Shown here: positions 41,754 through 46,311 of the stretch, piece after piece
Position numbering within the stretch: the first letter of the stretch is position 1
How the letters are laid out: every line of letters begins with the position of its first letter
DNA from: an uncultured Desulfovibrionaceae bacterium
Lineage (GTDB): Bacteria > Desulfobacterota > Desulfovibrionia > Desulfovibrionales > Desulfovibrionaceae
Assembly: GCA_964367875.1 (NCBI GenBank)
Contig: CAYJAL010000001.1
Coordinates: 1 to 46,311 of the forward strand
Reading direction: 5' to 3'
Length of the DNA stretch: 46,311 bases
Position numbers and translations under genes: made by a program
Notes under the pieces: model-generated
The model's input: only the letters and a program-made list of their open reading frames with translations
The model's database searches: none
Told to the model about the DNA's origin: nothing

Positions 41754-43160
41754 TTATCTTTTCATACAACCTGATGCACATGCCGCTTCTGAGCCGGCAC
41801 AAGGCACAGGATATTCACCGGTAAAGCATGCTGTACAGTAATGGTCTTCATTATTTACCGAGCGTAAAAGCCCTTCTATAGTTAAATAATGTATGGAGTC
41901 AACATCTAAGAGCTTTTTAATTTCGTCAATGCTATGTGTTGCTGCCACCAAATGTTTAGGGTCTGCAAAGTCAATACCGTAAAAACAGGGGAATTTTACC
42001 GGAGGACAAGAAATACGAATATGCACTTCCTTAGCGCCAAGTTCACGCAATTTCTTTACTCGCGTCATCATGGTAGTACCACGTACAATGGAATCATCCA
42101 CAATACAAATTCTCTTGCCTTCAATCATTTCTCGCACGGGGTTAATTTTTATACGCACCCCAAAATTACGCATATTCTGCGAAGGCTGAATAAAAGTACG
42201 CCCCACATAGTGGTTACGTATCATGGCATGCTCATAAGGCAGCTCAGCGCACTGAGCAAAGCCCACGGCGGAATACACGCCGGAATCTGGAAAAGGCATA
42301 ACAAAATCCACATCGGGGGTGGATTCATGCGCCAATTGCCAGCCCATGCGCTTACGCACTAAATACACATTTTCATCAAAAATATTGGAGTCCGGTCTGG
42401 CAAAGTACACTAATTCAAAAATACATTGCCTTGGTTTGGCAGGCTTTGGAAGAAAATACGAAAAAATACTTTCAGAGCGTAAATTTTCCCCTTCTACCAA
42501 TACCAATTCACCGGGCTGTATGGAGCGAATAAATTCTGCTTCCAATAAGTCAAAAGCGCATGTTTCTGAGGCAAAAACAAAAGATTCACCAAGTTTTGCC
42601 ACGCTTAAGGGGTGAAAGCCATGGGGATCTCGCACAGCAGCCATTTTACCGTCTACCAAGACTAAAAGACAATAAGCTCCGCGAACTTTAGAACATACCT
42701 CGCGCAAAGCGTCTTCTAAACAGCGTGTGCGCATGGCTCTCACCAAAAGATGCACAAAAACTTCTGAATCTGTAGTGGTTTGAAAAATGGCGCCATGGTC
42801 TTCTAATTCGGCACGTAACTCTTCGGTATTTACCAAGTTACCATTATGCGCCAAGGCTATTTGCGAGCCTTTAAAATTAATCACAAATGGCTGTGCATTA
42901 CGCACAAAGGAAACACCCGTAGTACTATAACGCACATGACCTAAGGCCGTATTACCTTGTAATTTTTCTAAATCTTGTTCACAAAATACATCGGGGACAA
43001 GACCCATACCACGGTGTTCATAAATATTTTCACCATCCCAGGTAACAATACCGGCACTTTCTTGACCTCTATGTTGTTGCGCATATAAGCCAAAATACGT
43101 CAAACGAGCAGCCTCTTCGTGGTTAGAAATGCCAAGAAGTCCGCAATCGTGATGAATCAT
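41754..43160 (-). CDS. purF: Amidophosphoribosyltransferase
   Basis: MIHHDCGLLGI carries the N-terminal nucleophile Cys. RGQESAGIV is present, along with the PRPP-binding ICIVDDSIVRGTT and C-terminal Cys residues typical of the Fe-S type. Confidence 0.95.
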   Translation of the reverse strand: MIHHDCGLLGISNHEEAARLTYFGLYAQQHRGQESAGIVTWDGENIYEHRGMGLVPDVFCEQDLEKLQGNTALGHVRYSTTGVSFVRNAQPFVINFKGSQIALAHNGNLVNTEELRAELEDHGAIFQTTTDSEVFVHLLVRAMRTRCLEDALREVCSKVRGAYCLLVLVDGKMAAVRDPHGFHPLSVAKLGESFVFASETCAFDLLEAEFIRSIQPGELVLVEGENLRSESIFSYFLPKPAKPRQCIFELVYFARPDSNIFDENVYLVRKRMGWQLAHESTPDVDFVMPFPDSGVYSAVGFAQCAELPYEHAMIRNHYVGRTFIQPSQNMRNFGVRIKINPVREMIEGKRICIVDDSIVRGTTMMTRVKKLRELGAKEVHIRISCPPVKFPCFYGIDFADPKHLVAATHSIDEIKKLLDVDSIHYLTIEGLLRSVNNEDHYCTACFTGEYPVPCAGSEAACASGCMKR

Positions 43161-43193
43161 ACATACCCCTGTGATGCCATAAGCATCACTTAT

Positions 43194-43994
43194 TTATTTT
43201 TTCTTAAGTCGTTTTTCTAAAGCGGCAATGCGTTGTTCCACTACCGTTCTATTTCCATATTCTTCCAAAGCAAGCTTAAAAAAAACTAAGGCTTCGGAAT
43301 ATTTTTTTTGTTGCTCTAAAATATCGCCATGCAAAAAATTTATTTGGCTTAGCTGATAGGCATCAATATCTAACATCTCCAATTGATGCAAAAGCTCATG
43401 TGCCGTAGCATAGGATGCTTTACCCGCATAAATTTCTGCCAAAGTATACAAGCAAAAAGCCATTTTTTGATCAGACAAAGGCAAGGATAAACAATTGTGC
43501 AGCACATCTTCTGCCGCTGTAAAATCCCCTTGTATTAAGTACCAAGCCAAAAGCTTTTCATAAGCCGGAAAAACTTCTTCCGGCGTTAAATTGGGCAAAT
43601 GCGTATAATTAACTAAAGCTTCAATGGCCTCAGCTTCATTGCCTTGCCTTTCTTTACTGCGGGCTATTTGCAATAAAATATATTTTTTCTTTTGCGCATC
43701 TTTACCATAATCTTTAAGCATATCATTAAGATAGCTTAAAATAATGGCATCATGCAATTGCGCTTTTTGACTTACGTCCACAAGTAAAAGCCAGGCATCC
43801 CAGCTTTTATCCATATCCATTTCAATGCGTAAATAATCCACAAGCATTTTTTCTGCTTGCACCCATTCTTTTCTCTCTATGACCTTTTCAATACTGGTCA
43901 AAGCATCTTCTTTTTGCCCATAGCCATAGTGGTATGCGGCAAAAAGAAGTGCAGAGATTATAAGAATGCTGAAAATAATAAAAAACTTACGCAA
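43194..43994 (-). CDS. Membrane-anchored TPR-like repeat protein
   Basis: 266-aa ORF. The TTG start lies 2 nt after the gyrA stop, with GAGGA upstream. The N-terminal TM helix is FFIIFSILIISALLFAAY. Helical repeat texture (e.g. AFCLYTLAEIYAGKASYATAHELL). Confidence 0.6.
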   Translation of the reverse strand: MRKFFIIFSILIISALLFAAYHYGYGQKEDALTSIEKVIERKEWVQAEKMLVDYLRIEMDMDKSWDAWLLLVDVSQKAQLHDAIILSYLNDMLKDYGKDAQKKKYILLQIARSKERQGNEAEAIEALVNYTHLPNLTPEEVFPAYEKLLAWYLIQGDFTAAEDVLHNCLSLPLSDQKMAFCLYTLAEIYAGKASYATAHELLHQLEMLDIDAYQLSQINFLHGDILEQQKKYSEALVFFKLALEEYGNRTVVEQRIAALEKRLKKK

Positions 43995-43996
43995 AT

Positions 43997-46311
43997 TTAT
44001 TCCTCAGAATTTTCAGATTCTTCCTCAGCAGAACTGGGGGATTCTTCTAATTCTGTACCAGATACTTTAGAAGCTTCAGTTACTTCAGATATAATACCTT
44101 TTTCTCCATCGTCTATAGCTGTTGTATCTTCATCTTCAAAATCTTCTTTACGTGCGCCGCCTTCATCTACACGGTCAAAGCCCACCACTGTGGCGCCATT
44201 GTCCATGCGAACCAGCATTACGCCCATGGTGGCGCGTCCCTTGGAACGCACATCATCCACGCCAATGCGCACAATTTTATTGGCAGAAGTTAAAAGTACC
44301 AGACCATCGTCATCACGCACAGGCATAGCACCTACTACTTGGCCAGTTTTGGATGTAACCTTAAAGTTAATAATCCCCTTACCGCCACGAGATTGCGCGC
44401 GGTACAAGTCAACTCGGGTACGCTTACCATAACCATTAGTAGAAATAGACATGATTTCTGTGGTTTGGTCTTCTGATTTTAAGATAACGCAAGCCACCAC
44501 CGCATCATCACGACGCAGAGCAACACCCTTAACGCCTGTAGCACCGCGGCCCATAGGACGTACATCACGGCAAGAGAAGCGTATGGAGAAACCATTGGCT
44601 GTAGCCAGCACAATATGGCTTTCCTCACGTACAGGGCGCACCACTACCAATTCATCATCGTCTTTCAGCCCCACAGCAATAAGGCCGGTTTTGCGGCATT
44701 TAGCATACAGCGAAGCAGAAGAGCGCTTTACCATGCCGCGACGCGTTACAAAGAGGAAGTGTTTATCCTCTGCAAATTCGCGTACAGAAAGCACTGTAGT
44801 TACCCATTCATTTTCTTCCATGGGTAAGAGGTTAGCAATGTGCATACCCTTAGCTGTACGGCTGCCTTCCGGTACTTGGTGTACCTTAAGCTGATGCATA
44901 CGGCCTTTATTGGTAAAAAGTAATAAATACTGATGATTTGTCGTAGTTAAGAACTCTTGTACATAATCATCATCAGAAGTATGCAGCGCTGCAATACCCT
45001 TACCACCGCGTTTTTGCTGTTGATAATTATCCAAGGTGGTGCGCTTCATATAGCCACGACGAGATAAAGTAAAGACCACTTCCTCATCGGGGATAAGGTC
45101 TTCAATATCAATGCCAGTGAGCTCATCAATAAGCACTTCTGTGCGGCGCTTGGTGGCAAAAGTATCACGAATATGCGTAATTTCATCACGTATAACAGAG
45201 CGTAATACTTCTACATTATTTAAAATAGATTTAAAATATTCTATTTTTTGCAAAATATCTTTGTATTCTGCCATAAGCTCTTCACGTTGCAAGCCTGTAA
45301 GGCGTTGCAAGCGCATATCCAAAATAGCCTTGGCTTGAATTTCACTTAAGGAAAAGCGCTCCATAAGGCGATGGCGTGCTTCTTCCGGCGTGGCAGATGC
45401 GCGGATAATGGCCACAATTTCATCGATATTATCCAAAGCTATACGCAAGCCCTCTAAAATATGAGCTCTGGCTTCAGCTTTGGCCAAATCATAACGTGTT
45501 CTGCGAATAATCACATCGCGTCTATGCTCAAGGAAACAACGCAATGCAAATTTAAGATTGAGCAATTGCGGTCTATTATCCACAACAGCCAACATATTTA
45601 TACCAAAAGAGGATTCTAAAGGTGTATATTTATAAAGAGAATTAACAACAATCTCAGGTATGGTACCGCGCTTTAATTCCACAACAATGCGGATACCCTT
45701 GCGGTCGGATTCATCGCGTAAATCGGAAATACCGTCAATTTTGCGCTCATGCACTAAGGCAGCAATATTTTCTACCAAGCGAGATTTATTCAGACCATAA
45801 GGAATTTCTTTAATAATGATGGATTGAAAGCCCTTTTTGCGCTCTTCAATCTCCACCTTTCCGCGCATTTTTACGGTGCCACGGCCGGTGTGATAGGCAT
45901 CATGCAAACCTTGACCGGCATACACATAACCCGCTGTGGGGAAGTCCGGCCCTTTCACATATTCCATAAGGTCTTTCACTGTGCACTCGGGGTTAGCCAA
46001 TAAATGCAACAAAGCATCGGAAAGTTCCCCTAAGTTATGGGGCGGAATATTGGTAGCCATACCTACGGCAATACCGGCGGTACCATTTAAAAGTAAATTG
46101 GGTACCTTGGTGGGTAATACGGCAGGTTCTTGTAAGGTATTATCGTAGTTAGGGCGAAAATCTACCGTTTCTTTATCTATATCACCCAAGAACTCACCGG
46201 CAAGGCGAGACATACGCGCTTCGGTATAACGCATGGCCGCTGCAGCGTCACCATCGATGGAACCAAAGTTACCTTGACCATCAATAAGCGGATCACGCAT
46301 GGAAAATTCTT
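43997..46311 (-). CDS. gyrA: DNA gyrase subunit A (5' end beyond the window)
   Basis: RDPLIDGQGNFGSIDGDAAAAMRYTEARMS is followed by GyrA C-terminal beta-pinwheel repeats. The reading frame is open to the window edge, so the N-terminus (including the active-site Tyr) is missing. The C-terminal tail is acidic. Confidence 0.95.
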   Translation of the reverse strand, partial: EFSMRDPLIDGQGNFGSIDGDAAAAMRYTEARMSRLAGEFLGDIDKETVDFRPNYDNTLQEPAVLPTKVPNLLLNGTAGIAVGMATNIPPHNLGELSDALLHLLANPECTVKDLMEYVKGPDFPTAGYVYAGQGLHDAYHTGRGTVKMRGKVEIEERKKGFQSIIIKEIPYGLNKSRLVENIAALVHERKIDGISDLRDESDRKGIRIVVELKRGTIPEIVVNSLYKYTPLESSFGINMLAVVDNRPQLLNLKFALRCFLEHRRDVIIRRTRYDLAKAEARAHILEGLRIALDNIDEIVAIIRASATPEEARHRLMERFSLSEIQAKAILDMRLQRLTGLQREELMAEYKDILQKIEYFKSILNNVEVLRSVIRDEITHIRDTFATKRRTEVLIDELTGIDIEDLIPDEEVVFTLSRRGYMKRTTLDNYQQQKRGGKGIAALHTSDDDYVQEFLTTTNHQYLLLFTNKGRMHQLKVHQVPEGSRTAKGMHIANLLPMEENEWVTTVLSVREFAEDKHFLFVTRRGMVKRSSASLYAKCRKTGLIAVGLKDDDELVVVRPVREESHIVLATANGFSIRFSCRDVRPMGRGATGVKGVALRRDDAVVACVILKSEDQTTEIMSISTNGYGKRTRVDLYRAQSRGGKGIINFKVTSKTGQVVGAMPVRDDDGLVLLTSANKIVRIGVDDVRSKGRATMGVMLVRMDNGATVVGFDRVDEGGARKEDFEDEDTTAIDDGEKGIISEVTEASKVSGTELEESPSSAEEESENSEE

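Noticed and set aside
1-46311. Search for tRNA, rRNA, CRISPR arrays, IS elements/transposases, integrases, toxin-antitoxin pairs or defence genes
   Set aside because: I saw no T-loop or acceptor-like tRNA signatures (GGTTCGAATCC-type) outside coding sequence. There are no regularly spaced direct repeats. No ORF carries DDE, tyrosine-recombinase or nuclease/helicase defence motifs. The largest non-coding gaps are under 400 nt.

Overview
This window reads as ordinary bacterial chromosome. It is densely coded, with about 42 supported CDS and no rRNA, tRNA, CRISPR array, IS element or prophage that I could find by eye. All family calls come from motifs read in the translated ORFs; no database search was run.

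Gene content:
- ruvC-yebC-rlmE
- hypF
- flgE with a sigma54-type promoter
- parA/parB
- def-fmt-DUF116-rsmB
- aspS, hisS, purF, and gyrA (truncated at the right edge)

This content suggests an origin-proximal region of a flagellated anaerobe, possibly Desulfovibrionaceae-like (low confidence).

Observations most worth follow-up:
1. A tightly packed three-gene module (3728..6614) is built around a P1B-type ATPase. Its TM4 motif reads YSCA instead of CPC/xPC, and its HMA-like domains lack CxxC. Two small membrane partners flank it, and the substrate is unknown.
2. A family of long imperfect palindromic, MITE/REP-like or structured-RNA-like intergenic elements sits at about 9411, 10445, 19331 and 34588. 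The copy between parB and rsmB carries four consecutive perfect hairpins.
3. parA and parB are separated by an opposite-strand Cys-rich gene, and four parS-like 16-mers surround them, two embedded in frame in rsmB and the DUF116 gene.
4. An orphan RTX-type secreted protein lies next to flgE.
5. A long U32-family protein carries an intact Fe-S Cys motif and a basic insertion.
6. A MerR-like coiled-coil protein has a repeated GCGCATTGCG motif upstream.

I found no convincing defence island or mobile accessory region. The novel-system candidates above are hypotheses.
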